Positions 7,724 through 16,461 are shown, counted from the stretch's first letter. The stretch: DNA of 64,000 nucleotides from an uncultured Actinomycetota bacterium (GCA_963717135.1 CAVQVN010000005.1:126779-190778); one strand, 5' to 3'. Numbers and translations are program-made. Notes: generated from the sequence alone by a model not told the origin.

Positions 7724-9570
7724 GTGTACATCCCCTCGATCAGATCGGCGAACTGTTCCGCCAGCACTTTGCGCTTGATTTTCTGGGTGGCGGTCAGCTC
7801 ACCTTGGTCGTGATCCAATTCCTTGGGGAGGAGCTCGAACTTCTTGATCTGCTCGACTCGAGCAAAGTCGGCGTTGGCCTCATCGACCTGCTTCTGAATG
7901 AGCTTGATCACCTCCGGCTTCTCGCTGAGATCCCGGTAGGTGGTGAAGGTGATGCCCTTGCGCTGCGCCCAATTGGACACCACATCGAATTCGATGCCGA
8001 TCAAGGCACTGATGAATTTCCGACGGTCCCCGATCACCATCACCTCTTTGATGAACGGCGAGACCTTCAGCCGGTTCTCCAATTCCGACGGCGAGATGTT
8101 CTTGCCACCGGAGGTGATGATGATGTCCTTTTTGCGATCGACGATCTTGACGTGGTTGCCATCCCACTCGCCTACATCGCCGGTGTGCAGCCACCCGTCG
8201 GCATCGAGAGCCTCTGCCGTCGCTTCGGGGTCCTTGTAGTAACCCTGGAAGACACCGGGATGCCGGGCGAGGATCTCACCGTCCTCAGCGATCTTTATCT
8301 CGCATCCGTCGAGCGGCTCCCCGATCGTGCCGAGTTTGATGTTGCCCTGACGGTTGACGGTCCCCAGCGCCGAGGTTTCCGTCATGCCCCAACCCTCAAC
8401 GATCGGGACGCCCAGCGCCATGAAGAACTTCAAGAGCTCCGGGGCGATCGGGGCGGCTCCGGAGACGGCTTGCAGACATTTCGACATGCCGATCTTCTTC
8501 TGCAGCGAGCGGTAGACGAGTAACCAGCCGACACCGTGGACCAGGTTGCCGATCAAGCCCCGCGAACCCCGTTCGACGATCCGATCGGCGTTCCACATCC
8601 CGGCTTTCAGGAAAACCCGGTAAAGCAGTTTCTTGGTGGGGGAAGCGTCGGCCATTCGGATCTGCGTGGCGGCGCTCATTCTCTCCCAGATGCGGGGCGG
8701 GGCCGGGAAGTAAGTGGGTTGGATCTCCTGGAGATCCGCCACGACGGTATCGATGGACTCGGCGAAGTTGACCGTCGATCGAAACGCCAACGCACCCAGG
8801 ATGTCGTAAAGCCTGCCGAATACGTGACAGAGGGGCAGGTAGGACAGCTGCTCGCTGCGGTCGGGCATCTTGCCGGCGGCGATGATCGAGATGGCCTCGT
8901 TGGCAGTCCAGACCAGATTGCGATGCGAGAGTATGGCCCCCTTGGGAGGACCGGTAGTGCCTGAGGTATAGACGGTGGTGGCCGCATCGTCGATATCGAT
9001 TGCGTCGACCAGCTCGTCGAAGCGGCGGGGGGTCTCGATCAATTGCTGGCGGCCCAACGCCAGGAACATGTCCCACGACATCAAGCCGGGATCGTCGTAG
9101 GTACGGACCCCGCGCGGCTCGACGTAGATGATCTTCTCCAGGTTCGGCAACCGATCCCGTACTTCGAGAGCTTTGTCGACCTGCTCCTGGTCTTCCGCTA
9201 TCAAAACCTTCGACTCAGAATGCCCCAGCAAGTACTCAACTTCTGGGGCCGGGTTGGTCGGATACAGACCCACCGAGACGGCCTGAATGCCTTGAGCGGC
9301 TAGATCGGAGACCACCCAGGCCAGTCGATTTTCCGAGTGGATCGCGACGCGGTCACCGGGTCGTACCCCCAAAGCCCAGAGAGCCATCCCGGTGGTCTTG
9401 ACCAGCTCCCAGTACTCGAGGTAAGTGGTTTCTTGCCAGATCCCGAACTCTTTTTCCCTCAATCCGATCCGGTCGGGTTCCCGGCGGGCAATGTCGCGAA
9501 GCCAGGCGGGCATGCTGGTGAAGGCCAGGTCGGGTGCGTCGCTCCGGGGTCGCTGTTCGGTGGTAGTCAT
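7720..9570 (-). CDS. AMP-dependent (long-chain) acyl-CoA synthetase
   Basis: 616 aa. AMP-binding motif TVYTSGTTGPPKGA plus GWLHTGDVGEWDGNHVKIVDRKKD. Embedded in the ABC operon with 4-nt overlaps on both sides. Confidence 0.85.
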   Translation of the reverse strand: MTTTEQRPRSDAPDLAFTSMPAWLRDIARREPDRIGLREKEFGIWQETTYLEYWELVKTTGMALWALGVRPGDRVAIHSENRLAWVVSDLAAQGIQAVSVGLYPTNPAPEVEYLLGHSESKVLIAEDQEQVDKALEVRDRLPNLEKIIYVEPRGVRTYDDPGLMSWDMFLALGRQQLIETPRRFDELVDAIDIDDAATTVYTSGTTGPPKGAILSHRNLVWTANEAISIIAAGKMPDRSEQLSYLPLCHVFGRLYDILGALAFRSTVNFAESIDTVVADLQEIQPTYFPAPPRIWERMSAATQIRMADASPTKKLLYRVFLKAGMWNADRIVERGSRGLIGNLVHGVGWLLVYRSLQKKIGMSKCLQAVSGAAPIAPELLKFFMALGVPIVEGWGMTETSALGTVNRQGNIKLGTIGEPLDGCEIKIAEDGEILARHPGVFQGYYKDPEATAEALDADGWLHTGDVGEWDGNHVKIVDRKKDIIITSGGKNISPSELENRLKVSPFIKEVMVIGDRRKFISALIGIEFDVVSNWAQRKGITFTTYRDLSEKPEVIKLIQKQVDEANADFARVEQIKKFELLPKELDHDQGELTATQKIKRKVLAEQFADLIEGMYT

Positions 9571-10400
9571 GAGGGCTCGCCGCCTCCCCCGGTGGCCTCG
9601 GCGGCTCGTATTTCGGCGGCGTGGAGGGATTCGCTCTCGAATTCCTCGCCCAGGTAAGCGCGGATCACTTCCGGATCGCGCTGCACGGTCTGCGGGGCTC
9701 CGTCGGCAATCTTCCGCCCGAAGTCGAGCACCATCACACGGTCGGCGATATCCATCACTAATCCCATGTCGTGTTCGACCAGGATCATGGCGATGCCCAG
9801 CTCTTCTTTGATGTCGAGGATGAACCGGGCCATGTCTTCGGTCTCCTCCAGGTTCATGCCGGCGGCCGGTTCATCCAGCAAGAGAAGTTTGGGATCCATC
9901 GCCATGGCCCGCCCCAGCTCGACCCGTTTCTGAATCCCGTAGGGGAGCATGCCGACCAGGCTCTTGCGGAAAGCCTGGATCTCGAGGAAATCGATGATGT
10001 CCTCTGCCCGGGCGCGGTTCGCTATCTCCTCACGCTTGGCGCGTCCCTGATAGACCGCGGCCGCCAGCGGACCATAGGAGAAATGAATGTGTCGCCCGAG
10101 AAGGATGTTGTCCAGAACGGTGAGGTTCTCGAACAGCTCGATGTTTTGGAATGTTCGGGCTACCCCGAGTTTGGCGATGCGGTTCGGCTTGAGGCCGAGG
10201 AGGCTCGTCCCGTCGAGGCTGATGGTGCCTTCCTGGGGATGGTAGACCCCGTTGAGACAGTTGAAGATCGAAGTCTTTCCGGCCCCGTTTGGCCCGATGA
10301 TGGCAAACAGCTCACCGGGATCGACTTGGAATGTCACGCCGTCCAGAGCAACGACACCTGCGAAGGAAAGTCGAAGGTCTTTGGCTACCAGCAGACTCAT
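9567..10400 (-). CDS. ABC transporter ATP-binding protein (LivG-like)
   Basis: Walker A GPNGAGKTS; LivG-type C-terminal extension. Start set at ATG 10400 (ATGA overlap with the upstream stop); the track ORF starts at 10409. Confidence 0.9.
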   Translation of the reverse strand: MSLLVAKDLRLSFAGVVALDGVTFQVDPGELFAIIGPNGAGKTSIFNCLNGVYHPQEGTISLDGTSLLGLKPNRIAKLGVARTFQNIELFENLTVLDNILLGRHIHFSYGPLAAAVYQGRAKREEIANRARAEDIIDFLEIQAFRKSLVGMLPYGIQKRVELGRAMAMDPKLLLLDEPAAGMNLEETEDMARFILDIKEELGIAMILVEHDMGLVMDIADRVMVLDFGRKIADGAPQTVQRDPEVIRAYLGEEFESESLHAAEIRAAEATGGGGEPS

Positions 10401-11179
10401 GACAACCACCGCTTGCGTCGCTTGTAGTGCTTGACGTCGCGGAAGGACTTACGTTCTCCGGCGTGGAGGCCCAGGTAGAACTCCTGGACATCCTCGTCAC
10501 GCATCAATTCTGCGGCCGGCTTGTCCATCACGATCTTGCCCGTTTCCATGATGTAGCCGTGCTCGGCGATGGAGAGTGCCATGGTGGCGTTCTGCTCGAC
10601 GAGCAGAATGGCCGTCCCCTGCCGGTTGATCTCAACGATGAGGTCACGGATTTGCTGCACCAGCAGCGGGGCCAGGCCGAGGCTGGGTTCGTCGAGAAGC
10701 AGGAACCGCGGGCTTGACATCAATCCGCGGCCTATCGCCAGCATCTGTTGCTCACCTCCGGACAGATATCCGGCCGTTCGTTTGCGGCGCTCCTTGAGAA
10801 TCGGGAACAAGTCGAAGACTCTGGCCAGGTTCTCATCCCGGTGTCCGGGATTACTGTGCGCACCTACCCGTAGGTTCTCTTCTACCGTGAATTCGGCAAA
10901 GACCCGCCGGCCTTCCATCACCTGCGTGACGCCTCGATCGACGATGGAAGCAGGTTTCAGTTTGTGGATGGGTTCGCCGTCGACACGGACCTCGCCTTTG
11001 GTGATGTCTCCTTCGTGAACATCGAGCAGCCCGGAGAGGGCCCGCAACACGGTGGTCTTGCCGGCTCCGTTGGCGCCCAGCAGCGCCACGATTCTTCCGT
11101 CGGGAACCTTGAAGGAGATGCCGCGCAGGACGAGGATGACGTCGTGATATACGACCTCCAGGTTGGCAACTTCCAGCAA
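10397..11179 (-). CDS. ABC transporter ATP-binding protein (LivF-like)
   Basis: Walker A GANGAGKTT, signature LSGGEQQMLAIGR. TTG start with GGAGGA 10 nt upstream. Confidence 0.9.
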   Translation of the reverse strand: MLEVANLEVVYHDVILVLRGISFKVPDGRIVALLGANGAGKTTVLRALSGLLDVHEGDITKGEVRVDGEPIHKLKPASIVDRGVTQVMEGRRVFAEFTVEENLRVGAHSNPGHRDENLARVFDLFPILKERRKRTAGYLSGGEQQMLAIGRGLMSSPRFLLLDEPSLGLAPLLVQQIRDLIVEINRQGTAILLVEQNATMALSIAEHGYIMETGKIVMDKPAAELMRDEDVQEFYLGLHAGERKSFRDVKHYKRRKRWLS

Positions 11180-11276
11180 GCTGAACCGTTCCTCCGTCGA
11201 ATCGCCGGGGTGGCTCCGCCACCCAGCGTGCGCGGACTATATCAATGAGAGGCCCTCCCATGTCGGAAAAACCGCC

Positions 11277-11292
11277 GCTAGCTATAGCTAGC
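11277..11292. promoter_or_regulatory. perfect 16-bp palindrome GCTAGCTATAGCTAGC (candidate operator)
   Basis: Read directly; about 100 nt upstream of the first gene of the ABC operon (start 11179). Followed by the hairpin GCGCAGCC-gga-GGCTGCGC (11291-11309). Confidence 0.35.
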
Positions 11293-11309
11293 GCAGCCGG
11301 AGGCTGCGC

Positions 11310-11414
11310 CGGTTTCGGGTTTCGGGTTTCAGGTACCAGATAGGGCAGCGCTTTCCGAAGTTGGAGGCACGTGTTTTGACCTGGAACCTGCCACCTGAAA
11401 CCCGAAACCGGTTC
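11310..11414. repeat. heptad-phased spacer with inverted GGTTTCN / NNGAAAC arrays
   Basis: CGGTTTC GGGTTTC GGGTTTC AGGTACC ... CCTGGAA CCTGCCA CCTGAAA CCCGAAA CCGGTTC. The two arrays are 70 nt (10 x 7) apart. CCGGTTTCGGGTTTCAGGT pairs perfectly with ACCTGAAACCCGAAACCGG. Confidence 0.9.
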
Positions 11415-11444
11415 TTGAGGCGCACGAAGTGCGCCTCAAGAACC
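11410..11444 (-). terminator. perfect hairpin, 16-bp stem and 3-nt loop, containing the moaE stop codon
   Basis: GGTTCTTGAGGCGCAC-gaa-GTGCGCCTCAAGAACC. The moaE TGA (11436-11438) lies inside the right arm. Confidence 0.65.
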
Positions 11445-11870
11445 TTCCACCCATTCGGCGCCGCCGGGCCAGTGTTCCTTTTTCCAGATGGGAGCGCGTT
11501 GCTTGAGTTCGTCGATCAAGTAACGGGCAGCTTCGAACGCCTCCGCGCGGTGGGCTGAAGAGACTGCGACCCCGACCGAGGCTTCCCCCACCTCGACCCG
11601 ACCTACCCGGTGCTCGACCACAACCCCCCGGAGCGGCCAGTTTTGCAGTGCTTCGGCAACGATCGCGGCGATCTTGGCTTCGACCTGTTCCCGATAGGCC
11701 TCATACTCCAGGTAGGTCACCCCTTCCTTGCCCGGGGAATGATCACGAACCGTCCCGAGAAACACAACCACCGCGCCCGCCGCGGAGTCTCCGACCATCC
11801 CGGCCAGGTCCGCGGCATTGATAGACGCCTCGGAGACCCGGATGCGACTCTCTACCGGAGATTTGCTCAT
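11436..11870 (-). CDS. moaE: molybdopterin synthase catalytic subunit MoaE
   Basis: 144 aa. GAVVVFLGTVRDHSPGKEGVTYLEYEAYREQVE...HRVGRVEVGEASVGVAVSSAHRAEAFEAARYLIDELKQRAPIWKKE is the MoaE pattern. Confidence 0.9.
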   Translation of the reverse strand: MSKSPVESRIRVSEASINAADLAGMVGDSAAGAVVVFLGTVRDHSPGKEGVTYLEYEAYREQVEAKIAAIVAEALQNWPLRGVVVEHRVGRVEVGEASVGVAVSSAHRAEAFEAARYLIDELKQRAPIWKKEHWPGGAEWVEGS

Positions 11871-11881
11871 ACAATCACCTC

Positions 11882-13111
11882 ATGACCAACCACCAGCCCG
11901 CCCCCGGCGCCCGGCTGGCACCCGTGACACCGCCGTTGCCGCCGCAGGTTACACCCGAGGTTTCCCCCCCGGACGAGGCGAAGGTCGCTGCAACCCCTTT
12001 GCCCCGGCGAGCCCGGATCGCCCCGGTGGCCGCGCTCGGGGGATTGATTGGATCATTGCTGACGGTCGGGCTTCTGGCCGGTCTGGGCGTCTTTGCCGAT
12101 CCCGACCCGGCGCCCGCTACCACGACTACGACCGTCGCTTCCGTCCCGGTCACCGTGCAGGTTCCGGTACCCGTCTCCATTGAGGGCGGCACCGCTGTGG
12201 CAATGATCGCCGAACTCGTTCGACCCTCAATCGTTACCGTCGAGATCGGAAGCGGCAACGGGGTCACCGATCAGGCAGCCGGGACCGGATCCGGGGTCGT
12301 GTACAGCACCGGCGGCTACATACTCACCAACAATCACGTGGTCGAAAACGCCGAGTTTGTGCGGGTGATCTTCCTGGATGGGAGGATCTTCCTAGCCGAA
12401 GTCGTCGGAACCGACCCGCTGACCGACGTGGCAGTGCTCAAAGTGAACGCCCCAGGACTGACACCCATCGAGCTGGGCTCTATCGAGGAGGTGCGCATTG
12501 GGGATCCGGCCATCGCCATCGGAAACCCGCTCGGTCTGGGAGGAGGGTCATCCGTCACTTCCGGCATCATCTCCGCATTCAACCGAGAGCTGCGCGTCAC
12601 CGGTACCGAAGAACTGTTTGGCCTCATTCAGACCGATGCCCCCATAACCCGCGGGTCGAGTGGCGGAGCTTTGCTGGACGGACAGGGCCGCTTGATCGGC
12701 ATCACCACCGCCATCGGGGTCAGCGACGTGGGAGCTGAAGGTTTGGGATTTGCCGTCCCGGTCAACATAGTTGTCGGCATCGCCGAGGATCTGATCGCCA
12801 ATGGCGAAGTGGAACATGCGTTTCTGGGAATCACCGGGGAGGACGCCTTCGAACTGACCGACGAGAATGCCCGCTTGCCCACCGGCGCCCATATCGTGTC
12901 CATCGAATCCGAGTCGGCCATCGCCGACGCGGGGGCACAAATCGGTGACACGATCGTTGGCCTCAATGGCGCTCCGATCGCCAACATGAACGAACTCGTC
13001 GCCCTGCTTCGCACCTACCGGGCAGGCCAATCCGTGACTGTCGAAGTGCTCCGGGACACCGAGATCATCGACCTACGGGTAGTCCTGGACAGGCGGCCTG
13101 AAGACCTGTGA
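11882..13111 (+). CDS. HtrA/DegP-family trypsin-like serine protease with PDZ domain
   Basis: Pro-rich N-terminus and a TM segment. Catalytic motifs TNNHVV, DVAVLK and GSSGGAL. C-terminal PDZ (IVGLNGAPIANMNELVALL). Confidence 0.9.
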   Translation: MTNHQPAPGARLAPVTPPLPPQVTPEVSPPDEAKVAATPLPRRARIAPVAALGGLIGSLLTVGLLAGLGVFADPDPAPATTTTTVASVPVTVQVPVPVSIEGGTAVAMIAELVRPSIVTVEIGSGNGVTDQAAGTGSGVVYSTGGYILTNNHVVENAEFVRVIFLDGRIFLAEVVGTDPLTDVAVLKVNAPGLTPIELGSIEEVRIGDPAIAIGNPLGLGGGSSVTSGIISAFNRELRVTGTEELFGLIQTDAPITRGSSGGALLDGQGRLIGITTAIGVSDVGAEGLGFAVPVNIVVGIAEDLIANGEVEHAFLGITGEDAFELTDENARLPTGAHIVSIESESAIADAGAQIGDTIVGLNGAPIANMNELVALLRTYRAGQSVTVEVLRDTEIIDLRVVLDRRPEDL

Positions 13112-14196
13112 GCGACGACCTGTTTGCCCGCCTCATTGAGCTGTTCAGCCAACCGGGACCGGTCAACTGGAAACTGGCGGGAGAAATCTCGCGTCATCTC
13201 GCCGGTCCGGTCGAGCCGATCGAGCCGTGGCTCGCCGAGGAGTACCGGGATCTGACGAGACTCGCCCAGATGAGGATCGCCGAAGTCACCAATCTCGACC
13301 TGGGAGATGCGATTGACGCCGTCCCGGTCGATCGCGCCACCTGGGCAGCCAGGAACCTGGAGAGCTTTCGCTATCTCGTAGAACCCCTGGCCGAAAAAAT
13401 CGGTGTGGACGATGCCGGCGGCCCACTCGAGGGAATGATGGTTCCGCTGGGCCCGGCCATTCTCGGCGCACAAATGGGCACCATGATTGGCTTTCTCAGT
13501 CACCGGGTCCTCGGCCAGTTCGACATCGGCCTCCCCACCGCCGAAGCCGGTGACCTCTACCTGGTCGTACCCAACATCGAAGCTTTCGCAGCCGAGAATC
13601 GTCTAGATACCCGCCAGGTTCGGTTGTGGGTAGCCCTCCACGAAGTGACCCACCAAGCGGAATTTGCCCAGCCGTGGACTCGACCTGAGCTTGTTGGTCT
13701 CATCGCCCGCTATCTCGATGGTCTGGAATTGGATCCAACCTCTCTGTACGAGAAATTGCAGGGCTTCTCGGACCCGGAGCAAATCGAGTCGTTGCTGAGC
13801 GATCCGACCGGTCTGGCAGGTCTCATCACCACTCCCGAACAACGCCCAATTCTCGATGCCATTCAAGCCTTCATGGCGGTGATGGAGGGCTACGCGGACT
13901 ATCTGATGGATCGCGCTGCTCCGAAGATGCTCCCGGATCTGGGGCGAATGAGGGAGGCCATGAACCGGCGACGCGCCGAACCATCGCAAGGTGAACAGAT
14001 CATCAACCGGATGTTGGGCCTGGAACTCAAACAAGAGCAGTACCGAGTAGGTGCCGAATTCTGTTCCGAGGTTGCCCGGAGATGGGGCGAGGATGCCCTC
14101 AACATATTATGGACCGCGGCCGAGTCCCTGCCGAGTCTCAACGAGTTGCGCGATCCCGTCGCCTGGGCCGCCAGGGTGCTCCTAGCGGAGATCTAA
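13108..14196 (+). CDS. zinc-dependent metalloprotease (DUF2342 / TIGR03624-like)
   Basis: 362 aa with HEVTHQ (HExxH). GTG start overlaps the htrA stop (GTGA). Confidence 0.75.
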   Translation: MSDDLFARLIELFSQPGPVNWKLAGEISRHLAGPVEPIEPWLAEEYRDLTRLAQMRIAEVTNLDLGDAIDAVPVDRATWAARNLESFRYLVEPLAEKIGVDDAGGPLEGMMVPLGPAILGAQMGTMIGFLSHRVLGQFDIGLPTAEAGDLYLVVPNIEAFAAENRLDTRQVRLWVALHEVTHQAEFAQPWTRPELVGLIARYLDGLELDPTSLYEKLQGFSDPEQIESLLSDPTGLAGLITTPEQRPILDAIQAFMAVMEGYADYLMDRAAPKMLPDLGRMREAMNRRRAEPSQGEQIINRMLGLELKQEQYRVGAEFCSEVARRWGEDALNILWTAAESLPSLNELRDPVAWAARVLLAEI

Positions 14197-14217
14197 GTGG
14201 GAAGTGGGAGGCCAGGA
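14197..14217. repeat. short heptad array GTGGGAA GTGGGAG GCCAGGA
   Basis: Starts immediately after the stop at 14194-14196. The same GTGGGAA word occurs at 27158-27178 and 44295-44322. Confidence 0.6.
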
Positions 14218-14225
14218 CGGGTTCC

Positions 14226-14438
14226 TCAGACTTCTAATTCTTTCCCCACATCCACGGGGTGAGCCTTCAGGAAGTCGAGGATCTCATCCCGGAAGAATTT
14301 GAACGTGCGGCCTCCCGGCAGACGATAAGCCGGGATGCGACCCTCCCTCGCGTATTTGCGAACCATCTGCACGTTCATGCCGAGCAAATCCGCCACGTGA
14401 GCAGCGTCGAGAATCTGCGGGTAATCGTCGTTGGCCAT
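14226..14438 (-). CDS. excisionase-family helix-turn-helix DNA-binding protein
   Basis: 70 aa. LDAAHVADLLGMNVQMVRKYAREGRIPAYRLPGGRTFKFFRDEILDFL is the MerR/excisionase-type HTH pattern. Confidence 0.75.
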   Translation of the reverse strand: MANDDYPQILDAAHVADLLGMNVQMVRKYAREGRIPAYRLPGGRTFKFFRDEILDFLKAHPVDVGKELEV

Positions 14439-14455
14439 ATCAAACTCCTGAATGG

Positions 14456-14861
14456 TTACCGATAGTCTAGGGAAAAGAGTGTTCTTGGTTCTTGGTTGTT
14501 GGCATCGGTTCGAGAACTTCCACCGATTGACCCGATGAGGGCTCCCGGTTTCCTTTGAACCTCGGTGGTCTGCTCGACGACGGCTTTGACGTCGCTCGGT
14601 CCGATCAGGAGGAGGTCATTGCACAACTGCAATTGTGCTTCGAGTGCAAAGGCAGACCCCAAAGCCATCCGCAAGAACCGCGAGAAATCCTTGCCACCCC
14701 TTCCTGCACCTTCGGCGATGTTGGAGACAATGGAAACCGATGCTCTCCTCATCTGACTCGTCAATCCGAAGCACTGCCGGGAGATCCCGGCTCGCCAAGT
14801 AGACGGCCAACGTGAGCGCGTGTGCTTGCTGATCAACCCGACGAGTTCGGTAGTTCTGCAT
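14456..14861 (-). pseudogene. four-helix-bundle protein (23S rRNA IVS protein / Avd-like family, PF05635), apparently frameshifted
   Basis: N-terminus MQNYRTRRVDQQAHALTLAVYLASRDLP reads in one frame (14861-14778). The conserved core RQCFGLTSQMRRASVSIVSNIAEGAGRGGKDFSRFLRMALGSAFALEAQLQLC reads in the +1 frame (14776-14456). The break is in the CCCGG run near 14777. Confidence 0.6.
14481..14502. repeat. heptad array GTTCTTG GTTCTTG GTTGTTG (left arm of the inverted pair around the 4HB gene)
   Basis: Overlaps the 3' end of the 4HB reading frame. GTTCTTGGTTC is the exact complement of GAACCAAGAAC in the right arm. Confidence 0.85.
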
Positions 14862-14932
14862 ATGTCCGTTGTACTCCGCGCCGGTGACAAACCGACTCTG
14901 AGGATCTCCAGCCATGCAACGGAACCAATAAC

Positions 14933-14969
14933 GAAGAACCAAGAACTGAGAACCAAAAACAAGAACCAA
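14933..14969. repeat. heptad array GAAGAAC CAAGAAC TGAGAAC CAAAAAC AAGAACC (right arm)
   Basis: 72 nt upstream of the 4HB ATG and 16 nt upstream of the divergent membrane-protein start. Confidence 0.85.
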
Positions 14970-14984
14970 TTACCCTTCGTATCC

Positions 14985-15977
14985 ATGAGCCAACAGTCAC
15001 TTCGCCCACTGGGGCTGGGCGAGATCATCGACACCGCCTTCAAGATCTACACTCGCCATTGGCGAGCCTTGATGCTGCTGGTGGCGATCGTGGTGGTTCC
15101 GGCCGGGATCGCCTCATACTGGATCCTGGATGCAGCCATCCCCCCCGATCTGACCCAGCAACTCAACGACCCCACCCCGGTCATTGATGAAGCGTTGCTA
15201 GAGCAGATGCTGGGTTTTATGGGAGCTGCCGTTCTCGCCGCAGTGATCCAATCGGCGGCCGCAGTCCTGGCCTCGGCCGGAAGTGTTCGGGCAGTTGCGG
15301 AGGTCTATCTGGGCACACCACCCGATTGGCGCTCCTCGCTCGCACTTGCCTGGCGTCGTCTGCCGGCCATCATCGCTACCGGACTGCTGATCATCGCCGC
15401 CATCGGCGCCTTGAGCGCCGGCGTCTGGTTGGTGGCGGGCATCACATCCTCGGCGTCGGGCGCCCTGGCGCTCTTGGCGCTGGTCGTTTGGTTGGTGGTC
15501 GTGCCGTGGTTGGCCATCTCATGGGCTCCCGCCATCCCCGTCCTCGTCGTGGAAGGTATCTCTCCTGCCGAAGCACTGGGCCGATCGTTCAATCTCGTGA
15601 GGGGCCGCTGGTGGCCTACCTTTGGCACTTTGCTGACCACGTGGTTGATCGTTGCCGTGCTGGGCGGCGTCGCTTCCCGCATTCTGCAAGCGTTCGTGCC
15701 AGACGGCGGCGGGGTCTTCGCCGGAATGGCGGTATCGGTGGCTATCTCCGTGGTGACGACACCGTTCGTTGTTTTGGTCCTCGCCGTGTTGTATTTCGAT
15801 CTCCGCGCCCGGCGTGAGGTATTCGATCTTGGAAGACTGTCCATGGACATCGGCGCGCCACTTCCTTCGAACCTCGGCGAATCACCCCCATCTCCTCTCC
15901 CCCCAACCCCCGACCGAAGTGACTGGCCTCCTCTGCCGCCGGATACGGATGGGCGGGAGGTCCCGCCCACGGAGTAG
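14985..15977 (+). CDS. polytopic membrane protein with Pro-rich C-terminal tail (function unknown)
   Basis: Start set at ATG 14985 (MSQQSLRPLGLGEIIDTAFKIYTRHWRALMLL). The track ORF from 14820 reads through the heptad array. Several TM helices. Confidence 0.7.
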   Translation: MSQQSLRPLGLGEIIDTAFKIYTRHWRALMLLVAIVVVPAGIASYWILDAAIPPDLTQQLNDPTPVIDEALLEQMLGFMGAAVLAAVIQSAAAVLASAGSVRAVAEVYLGTPPDWRSSLALAWRRLPAIIATGLLIIAAIGALSAGVWLVAGITSSASGALALLALVVWLVVVPWLAISWAPAIPVLVVEGISPAEALGRSFNLVRGRWWPTFGTLLTTWLIVAVLGGVASRILQAFVPDGGGVFAGMAVSVAISVVTTPFVVLVLAVLYFDLRARREVFDLGRLSMDIGAPLPSNLGESPPSPLPPTPDRSDWPPLPPDTDGREVPPTE

Positions 15978-15999
15978 CCTGATTCTGGAGGCAGAAACC

Positions 16000-16461
16000 A
16001 TGACCGAACAGCCCGTCCAACCAGAAATCGTCGGTGCCCCTGCGACCGATGCCGATGAGCCGTCAACGATCAGTCAGCCCACCAAGCTGATAAGGATCGC
16101 CTCGATGACTCGCGCCACCCTCGATGAAGTACGCCAGGCACCACTGGATGAGGCAGGGCGCAAACGACTGCAAGAGATCTACCGGCGGTCCCTCGACGAG
16201 CTGAAAGAGGTTCTATCGCCTGATTTGTGCGAAGAACTCGACGAGGTTTTCCTGCCGCTCACCTCCGACGTTCCGTCCGAATCGGAGCTACGGATCGCCC
16301 AGGCCCAGCTGGTCGGATGGCTGGAAGGCTTGTTCCACGGTATCCAGGCGAGCCTGTGGAGCCAGCAAGCGATGGCCCAGGCGCAGCTGGCCGAGGTCCG
16401 CCAGCGGAAGGCCCTCGAGGGGCATCAAGACGACAAGTCGTACCCGGGCACCTACCTGTAA
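16000..16461 (+). CDS. bpa: bacterial proteasome activator (Bpa/PafE, DUF2587)
   Basis: 153 aa from ATG 16000 (GGAGG upstream). TKLIRIASMTRATLDEVRQAPLDEAGRKRLQEIYRRSLDEL...IAQAQLVGWLEGLFHGIQ. C-terminal GTYL resembles the GQYL proteasome-docking motif. Confidence 0.8.
   Translation: MTEQPVQPEIVGAPATDADEPSTISQPTKLIRIASMTRATLDEVRQAPLDEAGRKRLQEIYRRSLDELKEVLSPDLCEELDEVFLPLTSDVPSESELRIAQAQLVGWLEGLFHGIQASLWSQQAMAQAQLAEVRQRKALEGHQDDKSYPGTYL

Noticed and set aside
11871-11881. Moco riboswitch upstream of moaE
   Set aside because: There are only 11 nt of upstream non-coding sequence, so there is no room for the element.
14456-14861. Diversity-generating retroelement, suggested by the Avd-like four-helix-bundle gene
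   Set aside because: I found no reverse transcriptase, no template/variable repeat pair and no candidate target gene in the window. The gene is also frameshifted.
14862-15043. Long version of ORF 14456-15043 as an intact 195-aa protein
   Set aside because: The upstream part reads through the heptad array and overlaps the divergent membrane-protein gene. The family N-terminus is found in a different frame, so a frameshifted pseudogene is the better model.
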